A DNA stretch of 61,515 bases, filler included. It is 6 parts of 6 records of this genome, joined end to end, with 100 filler letters (N's around TTAATTAATTAA, not from the genome) between each part and the next. Parts side by side here need not be neighbours in the genome. Positions count along the whole stretch, not along the records: positions 1 to 17,603 come from SRR20825010_182; 5 more parts are not named here. The stretch is one strand, 5' to 3'. Below the pieces are notes generated by a model. That model did no database searches. It saw only the letters and a program-made list of their open reading frames with translations, and was not told the origin of the DNA. Shown piece by piece: positions 1-10,508 of the stretch. Each line of letters starts with the position of its first letter. Position 1 is the first letter of the stretch. Made by a program: the position numbers and the translations under genes.

Positions 1-239
1 GTACACCGTAGAATTCTCTATTATCTGCATTTGTTGGTTTGGTTTAATTTAATTGATTGAAATTCAAAAAATTAAATGAAATGATTTAATCTTAGTTACC
101 TTTTGTTCGTTTTAAAGATACTTTTTCTACGAATAAAACCGAGGAGTTTTCTAGTTTTCCTTTGAGTTTCCTGTTCAATAAACTCATCAAAATAACCGAT
201 ATTTGACAAACTAACTTTATCAAAAAAAATTCTACCACC

Positions 240-2615
240 ATGCTAAGAACCTCTACTTTCCTTGTATTCCTTCTTATTGGCCTAGGTTCATTAACCGCAC
301 AAAAGGGCAACATTTCTTCTTTACAGATCAAGGATATAATGCAAGGTGACGCCTTCGTAGGCCCTAGACCGTCCAATGCTTATTGGGCCACTGATAGCAA
401 AATATTGTATTTTGATTGGAATCCAGACGGCGCCCTTAGCGATTCATTATATGCCTATTCCGTTTCTACCAAGGATACCAAAAAAATTGATTTTTTAACG
501 GCCAACTCACTCCCCTCATCCCGATTGACCTATAATCAAGACAAAACACAAGCGGTCTATTCAAAAAACGGCGATATTTTCTTGTTGGACCTCAATACCT
601 ATCAATCCAAACCAATTACCAAAACACAAGCTAGGGAAAGTGGTCCGCATTTTACGGATAATGGCAAGAGCATCGCTTTTGAGAAAAATGACGAGCTATT
701 TACTTGGAGCATTGCCTCCGGTCTTCTTGAGCAAAAAACCAGATTTGTAAAATCCAAAAGCAAAGAACCGCAACGTGATTCCAAAGATGAATGGCTTTAC
801 CAGGACCAACTGGAAATATTCGATGTTTTACAGGAGCGTAAGGCAAAAAATGACAGAGGGGAAGAGATAAGCAGTCAGTTGGAAGCCTTGGAGCCCCTAG
901 AAATTGAAACCAAGGGCAAGCCGGTAATCAATCTGGAAATTGACCCTTCTGGTAGCTTTATCACTTATGTATTGATGGACAGATCTGATTCCAAAGGCAC
1001 CATTGTGCCTCATTTTGTAACAGAATCAGGTTACACAGAAGACCAGAACACCCGTTCCAAGGTGGGTGACGAACCTACGGAATTTGAAATGTTCGTGTAT
1101 GACATCAAAAATCGTAAAAGCTACCCCGTGGTCCTGGACAATTTGGAAGGTTTGGACTATGTTCCTGAATACACCAAAGATTATCCCGACAAGACATATA
1201 AAAATGAAAACCGTATTGGGTCTATAAATGGCCCCACATGGAATTCAAACGGAACAAAAGCTGTATTGGATATCCAAGCCAATGATTACAAAGACCGTTG
1301 GATTGTATTGCTGGACCCAAAAACAGGAAAAGTGGAGCAGCTGGACCGTCAGCATGATGAAGCTTGGATAGCAGGACCAGGAATTGGCGGATGGCGCGGC
1401 GGTTCACTTGGCTGGATGCCCAGCGGGGACAAGGTCTGGTTCATGTCCGAAAAAACTGGCTACTCCCATTTATACACAGTGAACATCAACAATAAAAAAA
1501 CGGATGCCCTTACTTCTGGGGATTTTGAAATCTACGATGCTTTTCTATCAAAAAACAAGGACAGATGGTATTTTACATCCAATAAAACACATCCTGGAGA
1601 TAGACAGTTTTACACCATGAAACTTAACGGAGGTAAATGGGAGCAATTGACCAACATGACGGGTGGAAATGATGTTACACTTTCCCCCGATGAGAAAAAA
1701 ATGGCGATTCTATATTCCTATTCCAATAAACCTACCGAATTGTTTATCAAAGATAACCCGGCGGAGGTCGGTGGAAATCCAGAAGCAGAACAAATCACTT
1801 ACTCCAATACCGATGAATTTAAGTCCTATGATTGGAAGGACCCTGAAATCATAACTTTTAAGGCATCCGATGGCGCGGAAGTACATGCCAGACTCTACCA
1901 ACCAGATGCATCTGTAAAAAACAAAGCAGCCGTAATTTTTGTACATGGTGCGGGCTATCTTCAAAATGCACATAAATGGTGGAGCTCTTATTTTAGGGAA
2001 TATATGTTCCACAATCTTTTGGTTGACAATGGCTATACCGTACTCGATATTGATTACCGAGGTAGCGCTGGATATGGTAGAGATTGGCGGACTGGAATTT
2101 ACCGTCACATGGGTGGCAAGGACCTTTCTGACCAAGTGGACGGCGCCAATATGCTAAAGGAGAAATACGGTATTGATTCAGACAAAATCGGAATCTACGG
2201 TGGTTCCTATGGCGGGTTTATCACATTAATGGGAATGTTCAACGCGCCGGAAACATTTAGTGCCGGAGGGGCAATACGTTCCGTGGGCGATTGGGCAGCT
2301 TACAACCATGGCTACACGGCTCGAATATTGAACACGCCGGCTACCGACAGTTTGGCCTATAAACGAAGCTCCCCTATCTATTTTGCCGATGGATTACAGG
2401 GTGATCTTTTGATTCTTCACGGTATGGTGGACGATAATGTGCATTTTCAGGATATGGTGCGCCTTTCACAAAAATTGATTGAACTTGGCAAGGAAAACTG
2501 GGAAATGGCGGTTTACCCCGTGGAGCGACATGGTTTTGTGGAACCTAGTAGTTGGACGGATGAATACACCCGCATTTTTAAACTGTTCCAGAAATCACTT
2601 TTAGGAAAAGAATAA
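240..2615 (+). CDS. S9 family (prolyl oligopeptidase/DPP IV-like) serine peptidase, exported
   Basis: Signal peptide, beta-propeller-like N-terminal region, nucleophile motif GGSYGG, catalytic Asp (DDNV) and His (ERHG). Confidence 0.92.
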   Translation: MLRTSTFLVFLLIGLGSLTAQKGNISSLQIKDIMQGDAFVGPRPSNAYWATDSKILYFDWNPDGALSDSLYAYSVSTKDTKKIDFLTANSLPSSRLTYNQDKTQAVYSKNGDIFLLDLNTYQSKPITKTQARESGPHFTDNGKSIAFEKNDELFTWSIASGLLEQKTRFVKSKSKEPQRDSKDEWLYQDQLEIFDVLQERKAKNDRGEEISSQLEALEPLEIETKGKPVINLEIDPSGSFITYVLMDRSDSKGTIVPHFVTESGYTEDQNTRSKVGDEPTEFEMFVYDIKNRKSYPVVLDNLEGLDYVPEYTKDYPDKTYKNENRIGSINGPTWNSNGTKAVLDIQANDYKDRWIVLLDPKTGKVEQLDRQHDEAWIAGPGIGGWRGGSLGWMPSGDKVWFMSEKTGYSHLYTVNINNKKTDALTSGDFEIYDAFLSKNKDRWYFTSNKTHPGDRQFYTMKLNGGKWEQLTNMTGGNDVTLSPDEKKMAILYSYSNKPTELFIKDNPAEVGGNPEAEQITYSNTDEFKSYDWKDPEIITFKASDGAEVHARLYQPDASVKNKAAVIFVHGAGYLQNAHKWWSSYFREYMFHNLLVDNGYTVLDIDYRGSAGYGRDWRTGIYRHMGGKDLSDQVDGANMLKEKYGIDSDKIGIYGGSYGGFITLMGMFNAPETFSAGGAIRSVGDWAAYNHGYTARILNTPATDSLAYKRSSPIYFADGLQGDLLILHGMVDDNVHFQDMVRLSQKLIELGKENWEMAVYPVERHGFVEPSSWTDEYTRIFKLFQKSLLGKE

Positions 2616-2693
2616 AAGACTGTCAACACAGGAAACTGAAAAATTTCAACAAAAAAACATATCTTCCTGCCTGAAAATTAACAAACAAGCTGC

Positions 2694-3938
2694 ATGAAGG
2701 CACTGTTGAAAGCACTTGGCCCTGGCCTATTGTTCGCCAGCATGGCCATTGGCACCTCACATTTGGTATTGTCCACCAAAGCGGGAGCCCAATATGGATG
2801 GGTAATGGTGATTCCCATTATTTTGGCCAATTTGCTCAAGTATCCTTTTTTTGAATTTGGGATACGCTACACCACGGTAACGGAAAAAAGCTTGATAGAG
2901 GGGTATACCAATCTAGGAAAGACCTACTTGTATATATACGCCTTTGTCACGTTGATTTCCACCTTTACCATTTTGGCGGCATTGTATGTTGTGACCGCTG
3001 GATTGTTCATGAACTTGTTCGAGGTAACTTCCTTGGGAGCGGGGGCGATTGCATTTGGACTTTTTGTATTTATAAGTCTTTTGTTAATCATCGGGAAATA
3101 TAGATTTCTGGAAAACTCCTTAAAAGCTGTAATAACCATTCTCTTTATCGCTCTTTTGATAACAACTGTTATGGTGTTACAAAAAGGTCCGGTACCTAAT
3201 GCTGCATCTTACCAAAGACCTGAGATTTTCAACGAGGTCGGAATTTTATTTTTGATCGGGCTAGTTGGATGGATGCCAACAGCCGTAGAAGCATCTGGAT
3301 GGGTAAGTTTATGGGGCATGGAAAATTTAAAAACCATGAAGAACAAGCCATCTCTTAAACTTGCACTACAAGAATTCAATGTTGGATATATTTTGACTGC
3401 GGTTCTGGCCCTGTTTTTTATGATCATTGGCTGGATGACCCTGTATGGTACCGGAACGGAACTCAGCAATAACTCCGTCATCTTTGCAGACCAACTGGTA
3501 AGTCTCTTTACAACCCATATCGGAAGGTGGGCCTATTTTTTTATTGCCGTTGCGGCATTCGCCACCATGTTCAGCACCTGTATGACGGCCCATGATGCCA
3601 TTTCCAGGGTCAGTCTCGATGTTCTTCAAAAATTATATCCTAAAAAAAACATCTACAATGGCAAACATACCTTCGCTTTGATGGTGGTTGCCATGGCTTG
3701 GATCAACTGGATCGTGATAAGTCTATTCAGTGCCAACATGGGAAACCTCGTGGCCTTGGCCACATTTGTATCCTTTGTTTTTGCACCATTACTGGGATGG
3801 ATGAATCTTAAAACAGTAACAGGCAAGGATATGCCGGAAGAGCACAAACCAAAAATAGGAATCAGGATATTAACGTACTGCGGAATGCTTTTTTTATCAC
3901 TGTTCGCTTTGTACTATTGCTGGATACTGTTGATTTAA
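2694..3938 (+). CDS. NRAMP-like divalent metal transporter family membrane protein
   Basis: N-terminal LGPGLLFASMAIGTSHLV...AGAQYGW and KYPFFEFG motifs; about 11 hydrophobic segments. Confidence 0.8.
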   Translation: MKALLKALGPGLLFASMAIGTSHLVLSTKAGAQYGWVMVIPIILANLLKYPFFEFGIRYTTVTEKSLIEGYTNLGKTYLYIYAFVTLISTFTILAALYVVTAGLFMNLFEVTSLGAGAIAFGLFVFISLLLIIGKYRFLENSLKAVITILFIALLITTVMVLQKGPVPNAASYQRPEIFNEVGILFLIGLVGWMPTAVEASGWVSLWGMENLKTMKNKPSLKLALQEFNVGYILTAVLALFFMIIGWMTLYGTGTELSNNSVIFADQLVSLFTTHIGRWAYFFIAVAAFATMFSTCMTAHDAISRVSLDVLQKLYPKKNIYNGKHTFALMVVAMAWINWIVISLFSANMGNLVALATFVSFVFAPLLGWMNLKTVTGKDMPEEHKPKIGIRILTYCGMLFLSLFALYYCWILLI

Positions 3939-5885
3939 TTAATCGAACAGGACATTATCGTTGAGAACCACCACCAAGGAACGTTGGTTCTTTTTGTGCA
4001 ATGTTTCCAAACAGAACACTCCATTGGTACAATTATTCAAGATTTTATCTTCTCCATAGCCAATTGAATATAAAATAGTTGTGGCCGGCACACCACTTTC
4101 CACTAAATATTTTTTAATGGCATCGGAACGTGCTTGTGTAAGCTTAAAATTGGTGCTGCTTCCTCCTCGACTGTCAGTATAGGTTTCAATTCGTAGTTGC
4201 GCATCTGGGAATGCTTTGACAAAGTCAACAACTTTGGTAAGCTCCTGTTTGATACCGTCATTCAGTTGTGTGGACCCGGTATTAAAATAAAAGTCATCCA
4301 ATTTTACTACTTTTTGACCTTCCCTTTCTTCCACTAGATCATCATAAAGTGAAACGGGAATATCGAAAGTGGTATTCTGTAAAGCATCTAATTCATCCTG
4401 GACAAATTTCTTGATATATCTTGAATATCGCTCTTTGGATGCATCCAATACCAACTCGCTCTCGTATGGAATTTCCAAACGGTATTCCCCATTTTCATCC
4501 GAAGTAGTTTTTGCCAACACAGCCCCGTTCATGTCCCAAAGACCAATTTCTACATTGGGAACTGTTTTGGATGAACCGCTTTGGTTTACCACAGCACCTT
4601 TAAATGTGATAGTCTTGAGACCTGGTTTTTCATCCACCTTAAACCCGTATATATCATCCTTTCCTTTACCTCCCTTACGGTTGGATGCAAAATAGCCCAA
4701 CAAGCCATCCCCTTCGTTACGGATTATCATTCCAAAATCATCGAATTCGGTGTTGATGGGTTCTCCCAAATTGATGGGAATCCCAAAACCATCATCCTCT
4801 ATGTTGGATTTATAGATATCCATACCACCAAGACCATAAAACACATCGGACGCGAAATAAAGACTGTTCTCAAATATGTACGGGGCAACCTCGTTTCCGG
4901 GTGAATTGATTCGCGGTCCCAAATTGATTGGAGCCGACATTACTTGCCCATTATTGGTGTACACATAATAGATATCCGTACCGCCATAACTATCTTCAAA
5001 ATCAGCCGAAAAATAAAGCTTACCGCTAGCATCATCATAAAAAGGATAATAGAAAGAAGTACTCAAATCTTTTAACAGCAACTGATATGACCCCCCAATG
5101 GCCTGTTTGGCAATTGCCAAGGCATTTTTTCCGTTGGAATCAAAGGCAAGTTCCCCATTCTCGGTGTTGGACAGCACATAAAAAACACTGTTCAATTTTG
5201 ATGAATAGAATGGTGTTGCTTCGTGGTAATCCGTATCCTTCAACGATTTGAACAACTGTACGGAGGTAACTAGGCCAGTAGGCTGAATATTTGATTCGTA
5301 AATATGAAAGTACCCCTCATTGCCTGGCTCATATCGCAATTTTTTATTGACTTGGCGGCCACTGGAAAACAAAAGCTTGTTGTCATAAAAGCTTGGAGCA
5401 AAATCGGTTTGGGGACTATTTCCGTTCAAATTGAAGATATCATACTCCAACTGATTTTCTTGTGAACCATTTTCCAAAAGTTGCTTATTGAACTCCATGT
5501 TCTCCATCAATTCTTTAGGAAAACTTGACGAAACTTTAGCTAAAAATTCAGTCGTTCCATCTGTATTGGAATTCTGGGATAGGCTTCTAAGCATCTTGTT
5601 GTAATGGTGGGCATCCATCAAAGAATCCTTTCCAAAGATTTCCATGTAGGTCTTGGATGCTTTATCAAAATTATCGGTTTCAAAATAGGCATCAGCCAGA
5701 TTAAGGAACTGCTGCTTGGTAAGAACTCCTTTTGAAAGTTGCTTCTCGTAAGCATCGACCGCCTTTTGATATTCGTACTGAAAAAAGAAAACATCTCCTG
5801 GGGAACTTCTTTTTTGAGCAAAACTGAGCACTGTGCCCAGTAGGCATGCCCAAAGTGTCAATTGTATGTTTTTTACATGGCTCAT
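3939..5885 (-). CDS. OmpA-domain protein with TPR, PD40 and carboxypeptidase-regulatory-like domains (PorE-like)
   Basis: GGTDIY/GLGGMDIY PD40 repeats, C-terminal TDSRG...GYGE OmpA-like domain, directly downstream of a PorP/SprF gene. Confidence 0.85.
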   Translation of the reverse strand: MSHVKNIQLTLWACLLGTVLSFAQKRSSPGDVFFFQYEYQKAVDAYEKQLSKGVLTKQQFLNLADAYFETDNFDKASKTYMEIFGKDSLMDAHHYNKMLRSLSQNSNTDGTTEFLAKVSSSFPKELMENMEFNKQLLENGSQENQLEYDIFNLNGNSPQTDFAPSFYDNKLLFSSGRQVNKKLRYEPGNEGYFHIYESNIQPTGLVTSVQLFKSLKDTDYHEATPFYSSKLNSVFYVLSNTENGELAFDSNGKNALAIAKQAIGGSYQLLLKDLSTSFYYPFYDDASGKLYFSADFEDSYGGTDIYYVYTNNGQVMSAPINLGPRINSPGNEVAPYIFENSLYFASDVFYGLGGMDIYKSNIEDDGFGIPINLGEPINTEFDDFGMIIRNEGDGLLGYFASNRKGGKGKDDIYGFKVDEKPGLKTITFKGAVVNQSGSSKTVPNVEIGLWDMNGAVLAKTTSDENGEYRLEIPYESELVLDASKERYSRYIKKFVQDELDALQNTTFDIPVSLYDDLVEEREGQKVVKLDDFYFNTGSTQLNDGIKQELTKVVDFVKAFPDAQLRIETYTDSRGGSSTNFKLTQARSDAIKKYLVESGVPATTILYSIGYGEDKILNNCTNGVFCLETLHKKNQRSLVVVLNDNVLFD

Positions 5886-5886
5886 G

Positions 5887-6879
5887 TTAGAAAAATCTAG
5901 GGGAATCTATTTGCTTTCCTTTATTGTCGTTCGATTTTTTATCCTTGGACCTATTGCTTCCGGAGCCAAAACCGCCCCGGCCTATATAAAATTTGATGAT
6001 TGCTTCATGGGAACCACCGCTGTATTCACCCAGACCATTGGTAGCATAATCGTACGCGTACCCTATGAACATCGCATTTGAAATCTGAAGTCCCGCCAAC
6101 CCGCTTACGGCATTGTCCAATCGATACGACCCTCCAATAGTGAGAGCATCCAAAAACTGAAAATTCGCCGATAAGTTTACCGTCACTGGGGAACCTTCTA
6201 AGTAATTTACCAAAAATGCAGGCTTAAATTTGGTCTGTTCTCCCAATTTGAACACATATCCTCCAATGGCATTGAATTGCATATTATCTTCTACAATGGT
6301 GGCCACTTCGTTGTTGTACAGTGCATTGGTCAAAAAGTTGGGCACTGAGACCCCAAGGTACCAATCTTCTTCATGGTACATAAAAAGACCTGCCCCCACA
6401 GTGGGATAAAAACTATTGTATTTACCTCCTAATATTGACGGGTCCGATGGGTTTTCAAAATTACCTTTGGAATAATCTATATCTAGCATTGACCCACCTG
6501 CATTTAGTCCAAAAGAGAGCTTGGTTTCTTGAGATAATTGAATTTGATAGGAATAGGCAATATCAAAATATGTTTGTGTGGATGGCCCTAGAACATCGTT
6601 CACCACATTGACTCCCAATCCCATTTTCTCATTTTTAAAAGGGATATTGGCACCTGCACGAATGGTTGTAGGGGCTCCATCGATATCCATCCATTGCGAA
6701 CGGTACAACCCGATTATTTCAGGGCTTTCCACAGTACCTACGTACGCAGGGTTAAAACTACCTATATTGTACATGTACTGGGTGTACTGCGGCTCCTTTT
6801 GCCCGTATATGGAGCCAAGGGCCATGCAAAGTGTGAGCAACGATATTCGGTATTTCAACAAACTTTTTATATCTGGCAT
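5887..6879 (-). CDS. Type IX secretion system PorP/SprF family membrane protein
   Basis: QYTQYMYN...NPAY, YRSQW...GAPTT, GYAYDY...GSHE motifs. Confidence 0.93.
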   Translation of the reverse strand: MPDIKSLLKYRISLLTLCMALGSIYGQKEPQYTQYMYNIGSFNPAYVGTVESPEIIGLYRSQWMDIDGAPTTIRAGANIPFKNEKMGLGVNVVNDVLGPSTQTYFDIAYSYQIQLSQETKLSFGLNAGGSMLDIDYSKGNFENPSDPSILGGKYNSFYPTVGAGLFMYHEEDWYLGVSVPNFLTNALYNNEVATIVEDNMQFNAIGGYVFKLGEQTKFKPAFLVNYLEGSPVTVNLSANFQFLDALTIGGSYRLDNAVSGLAGLQISNAMFIGYAYDYATNGLGEYSGGSHEAIIKFYIGRGGFGSGSNRSKDKKSNDNKGKQIDSPRFF

Positions 6880-6880
6880 T

Positions 6881-8848
6881 TTAGTTGTCTCTTACAATTT
6901 GTATCCATCCTTTTAACACATCCGTTCCGTCTCCATTCAAGTCCAGAACATAGAAATAGGTACCCTTGGGCAAATCGCCATTCTTGCCTGTTCCGTCCCA
7001 AGAACTATCATATCCATCCATTTGGAAAACGCTATTGCCGTAGCGGTCGAACACTTCAAATGCATTATTGGGGAATAGGTGGTCGCCAACCAAGGTAAGG
7101 GTATCATTGTACCCGTCCCCATTGGGCGAAAAAATATTACATATAGTGCCTGGATAAACACATTGGCTTCGATTTACGTTCACGGAAATAGTCCCCGAGT
7201 TGTTCTCTGTATTTCCATCCACGGGCACCGAGGATACCAATGCTGCCGTATTCGGAATATCCCCTGCACCTATAGCCCTTACTGTTATGGTCAGAGTTTC
7301 ATTTAAATCGGTCGGGGTCATTTCCGGGATGGTCCATTCTCCAGTACCTGAATCATAGTTCCCTAAGGTTGCTTCCGCATTCAAAAATTCAAAATTTTCA
7401 TCAAGCATATCAGTGACCACAATATCCATCACCAAACTTTCATCTACATTTTCCACATTTATGACAAAAACTATTTCTTCTCCCAACAAATAAGCAGACC
7501 TGCCTTCTACTGTTTTTGTTATGGCCAAATCAATCGCTTCATTGGAAATACAATCTTGTACGGTTATGGTAATCTGTGCCGAAGCTGTTTCTGTGCAATT
7601 TCCAACGGTATTCGTGGTATATTCAAAAACATAATCGCCACTGGGAAGACCAGTAAAATCTACCACATTTTCGGCACCAATCGTCACATTCCCATTAGAG
7701 GGGTCAGTTATAATAGTCCAAGTCCCAGGGTCTTGACCTATAAGCCTGTCATCTAAGTCTAAACTATTTAGTCCTTCATCGCTGGAAATATTGCATAGTG
7801 GCAATCCATCTATCGGAGCTCCGGCCAAAGGTTCATTGTTCACGGTAACCACAACTTCTTCTCTTTCGGAAGCACATTCATTGGACGCTGCGGAAACATA
7901 AAAAGAGGTTGTTTCCGTTAACTCTCCGGTCTCAAAGGTGTTTCCTGTTGCGATTGGACTTGCATTTGTATCCAAACTATCGAACCAGCTATAGGTTATG
8001 GCGCTCAAGTCCTCTACCTCAGCTGTAACCGTTAATACAGATGTTCCCGAGCCACAAATCTGTTCTGCAGTGGTCTCTATAATGGTAGGGGTAAAATTTC
8101 TTTCCAGTTCCAGCTCTAAACTGGCACCGTAGCAGTCATTGGCATTATCGTAATAGAATCCATAGTATACACCGGAGCCATCTTCTATGTTACTGTCAAT
8201 TTGATCATCAACGTTATCCGGGGAAGGGTTTCTGGACCACACCAGTTGTGTGCCCCCGGGTCCGTTCACATTGTTCACATAATTGTCCAAATCCACAAAT
8301 ATGGCCTCGCAGAACACTGTGGGCTCTGTAGCATCTAAGTTAGGGGCTGCCAAATTGGTACAGGTACCATCGGGGACATCATCACTTACAATGGTAACCG
8401 TAGCTGTTCTGTTTGCAGGATTAGGAGCCAAATCATAATCATCATCTTCCAGTAGATTAACAATCACTGTTTCATCAAACTCCACCAGAGCATCTTGCAA
8501 TACATCGACGTCCAATGTCTCTGAACCATTACCTCCACCCAACAAGGGAATAAAAACACTCACTGGCGATGACAATGTTGTATAATCAACTCCTGGTGTG
8601 GACGTGCTGCTAGCATCGACTTCGAAGAAAACTTCTACAGTTGTTAAAGCTGTACCTCCTGTTACAGAAATAGTAAACTCACCAGAAGTAAGGCCTGCCT
8701 CGCTGGCATTAGGTTCGCTTGCGGTTATGGAAACGGTTTGCCCAAAGCCAACACCGATACCCAATAGTAGAAAAAGAATAATCAAAATACGACCACGACC
8801 CATAGCGGCACATGGTGTTGATGAGGTTGTTTTTAGCCGAGCTTGCAT
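6881..8848 (-). CDS. T9SS type B cargo (gliding motility-associated C-terminal domain) with Calx-beta-like, Ig-like and DUF11-like domains
   Basis: C-terminal NIFSPNGDGYND...FDRYG...WDG...LPKGTYFY; DLAITKTV DUF11-like start; acidic beta-rich repeats. Confidence 0.9.
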   Translation of the reverse strand: MQARLKTTSSTPCAAMGRGRILIILFLLLGIGVGFGQTVSITASEPNASEAGLTSGEFTISVTGGTALTTVEVFFEVDASSTSTPGVDYTTLSSPVSVFIPLLGGGNGSETLDVDVLQDALVEFDETVIVNLLEDDDYDLAPNPANRTATVTIVSDDVPDGTCTNLAAPNLDATEPTVFCEAIFVDLDNYVNNVNGPGGTQLVWSRNPSPDNVDDQIDSNIEDGSGVYYGFYYDNANDCYGASLELELERNFTPTIIETTAEQICGSGTSVLTVTAEVEDLSAITYSWFDSLDTNASPIATGNTFETGELTETTSFYVSAASNECASEREEVVVTVNNEPLAGAPIDGLPLCNISSDEGLNSLDLDDRLIGQDPGTWTIITDPSNGNVTIGAENVVDFTGLPSGDYVFEYTTNTVGNCTETASAQITITVQDCISNEAIDLAITKTVEGRSAYLLGEEIVFVINVENVDESLVMDIVVTDMLDENFEFLNAEATLGNYDSGTGEWTIPEMTPTDLNETLTITVRAIGAGDIPNTAALVSSVPVDGNTENNSGTISVNVNRSQCVYPGTICNIFSPNGDGYNDTLTLVGDHLFPNNAFEVFDRYGNSVFQMDGYDSSWDGTGKNGDLPKGTYFYVLDLNGDGTDVLKGWIQIVRDN

Positions 8849-8922
8849 TATTTATTGCGTGCGTTTCAGTTACGTTCTTTTTGCCTGCGTGTAGTTGGTA
8901 AGTTGGGTGAACCAATATTACG

Positions 8923-8947
8923 AAAAAGGCAAGGAACATCCTTGCCT
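8923..8947 (-). terminator. Intrinsic terminator after fabD
   Basis: AGGCAAGG-AACAT-CCTTGCCT hairpin with an A-tract on + (U-tail on -). Confidence 0.65.
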
Positions 8948-8991
8948 ATTAGTTTAAATCTCAATTTATTCGGATGAACTGTTTTCCGTAG

Positions 8992-9876
8992 TTAAGAAAC
9001 CACAGCCGAACTGGTTTCGGCATCTCCATGAATTTTTTTCACCAATCCTTGCAACACCTTGCCCGGCCCTACTTCCACGAAGGATGTAGCTCCTCCTTTT
9101 ACCATTTGCTGAACGCTTTGCGTCCATTTTACGGGAGCTGTCAATTGCAGTATTAGATTCCTTTGAATTTCAATGGGGTCGGATACTGCCGTCGTGGTCA
9201 CATTTTGATAAATAGGGCAGCTCGGCGTCTTAAACTCGGTGGCTTCGATGGCAGCGGCCAATTCTTCTCTTGCAGGCTCCATCAATGGGGAATGGAAAGC
9301 GCCACCAACGGGCAACAACAAAGCTCTTCGTGCCCCGGCTTCTTTCATTTTTTCACAGGCTACGTTAACCGCATCTACCTCACCGGAAATTACCAATTGT
9401 CCGGGGCAATTGTAGTTCGCAGGCACCACGATACCTTCTACTTCCGAGCAGATTTTCTCCACTACCTCATCTTCCAATCCCAAAACGGCTGCCATGGTAC
9501 TTGGCTGGATCTCACAGGCTTTTTGCATGGCAAGGGCTCGTTGCGACACCAATTTTAGACCATCCTCAAAATTCAAGGTGCCATTGGCCACCAAGGCGGA
9601 GAATTCTCCCAAGGAGTGCCCGGCCACCATATCCGGTTTAAAGCTATCGCCCAACACCTTGCTCAAGATTACGGAGTGCAAAAAAATGGCAGGTTGGGTC
9701 ACTTTGGTCTGTTTTAGGTCTTCCGCAGTACCTTCGAACATAATGTCCGTAATGGAAAAACCAAGAATTTCATTGGCTTTTTCAAACAGCTCCTGTGCCT
9801 CGGAGTGATTTTCGTAAAGATCCAAGCCCATACCTACAAATTGTGCACCTTGTCCTGGAAAAATATATGCGTTCAT
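8992..9876 (-). CDS. fabD: Malonyl-CoA:ACP transacylase
   Basis: FPGQGAQ, TQPAI, GHSLGE, AFHS motifs. Confidence 0.97.
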   Translation of the reverse strand: MNAYIFPGQGAQFVGMGLDLYENHSEAQELFEKANEILGFSITDIMFEGTAEDLKQTKVTQPAIFLHSVILSKVLGDSFKPDMVAGHSLGEFSALVANGTLNFEDGLKLVSQRALAMQKACEIQPSTMAAVLGLEDEVVEKICSEVEGIVVPANYNCPGQLVISGEVDAVNVACEKMKEAGARRALLLPVGGAFHSPLMEPAREELAAAIEATEFKTPSCPIYQNVTTTAVSDPIEIQRNLILQLTAPVKWTQSVQQMVKGGATSFVEVGPGKVLQGLVKKIHGDAETSSAVVS

Positions 9877-9900
9877 AGTTGTCTATTCTTTTGAGTGGGA

Positions 9901-9908
9901 CAAAAATA
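9901..9908 (-). promoter_or_regulatory. Bacteroidota housekeeping promoter -7 element for fabD
   Basis: TATTTTTG on - strand matches TAnnTTTG, about 25 nt upstream of the ATG. Confidence 0.55.
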
Positions 9909-9939
9909 GGGAATATTCGAATTATCGTTTGCTCGATTG

Positions 9940-10455
9940 CTATTCTTCTTTGAACCAACTGGAGTATTTCACATAGTTGTTGGCAATTCGGTCTATCTCG
10001 CCTTTGGACAGTTCAGGGCTGATATCCTTTATCTTTTTGGCGGGCATTCCAGCATAAATACTTCCCGCTTCCACATGTGTCCCTTTGGTAACTACCGCTC
10101 CTGCAGCAATAATGGAATTGCTCTCCACCACACAGTCATCCATAATAATGCTTCCCATACCCACCAGCACATTGTCCTTGATCGTACAACCATGTACTAA
10201 AGCATTATGGCCTATAGAGACATTATTCCCAATAGTGGTCGGGGATTTTTCGTAGGTACAATGGATAACCGCACCGTCCTGCACATTCACCTTATCTCCC
10301 ATTTTTATAAAATGGACATCGCCCCGGATTACAGCATTGAACCAAACACTGCACTGGTCGCCCATGCTTACTTCGCCTACAATGGTTGCGTTTTCTGCAA
10401 TAAAGCAATCCTTTCCAATTACTGGGGATTTACCCCTTACTGGTTTTATGATCAT
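9940..10455 (-). CDS. Gamma carbonic anhydrase family (hexapeptide repeat) protein
   Basis: IRGDV, NVQDG..IH, IGHNALVHGC motifs. Confidence 0.93.
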   Translation of the reverse strand: MIIKPVRGKSPVIGKDCFIAENATIVGEVSMGDQCSVWFNAVIRGDVHFIKMGDKVNVQDGAVIHCTYEKSPTTIGNNVSIGHNALVHGCTIKDNVLVGMGSIIMDDCVVESNSIIAAGAVVTKGTHVEAGSIYAGMPAKKIKDISPELSKGEIDRIANNYVKYSSWFKEE

Positions 10456-10508
10456 GTTGATATATTTTGATATTATTTATCGTCCTTGACTTGGGCCGAT
10501 ATGACAAT

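Noticed and set aside
1-30. Possible start of a minus-strand gene (MQIIENSTVY) at the window edge
   Set aside because: Only ten codons are visible; cannot be supported.
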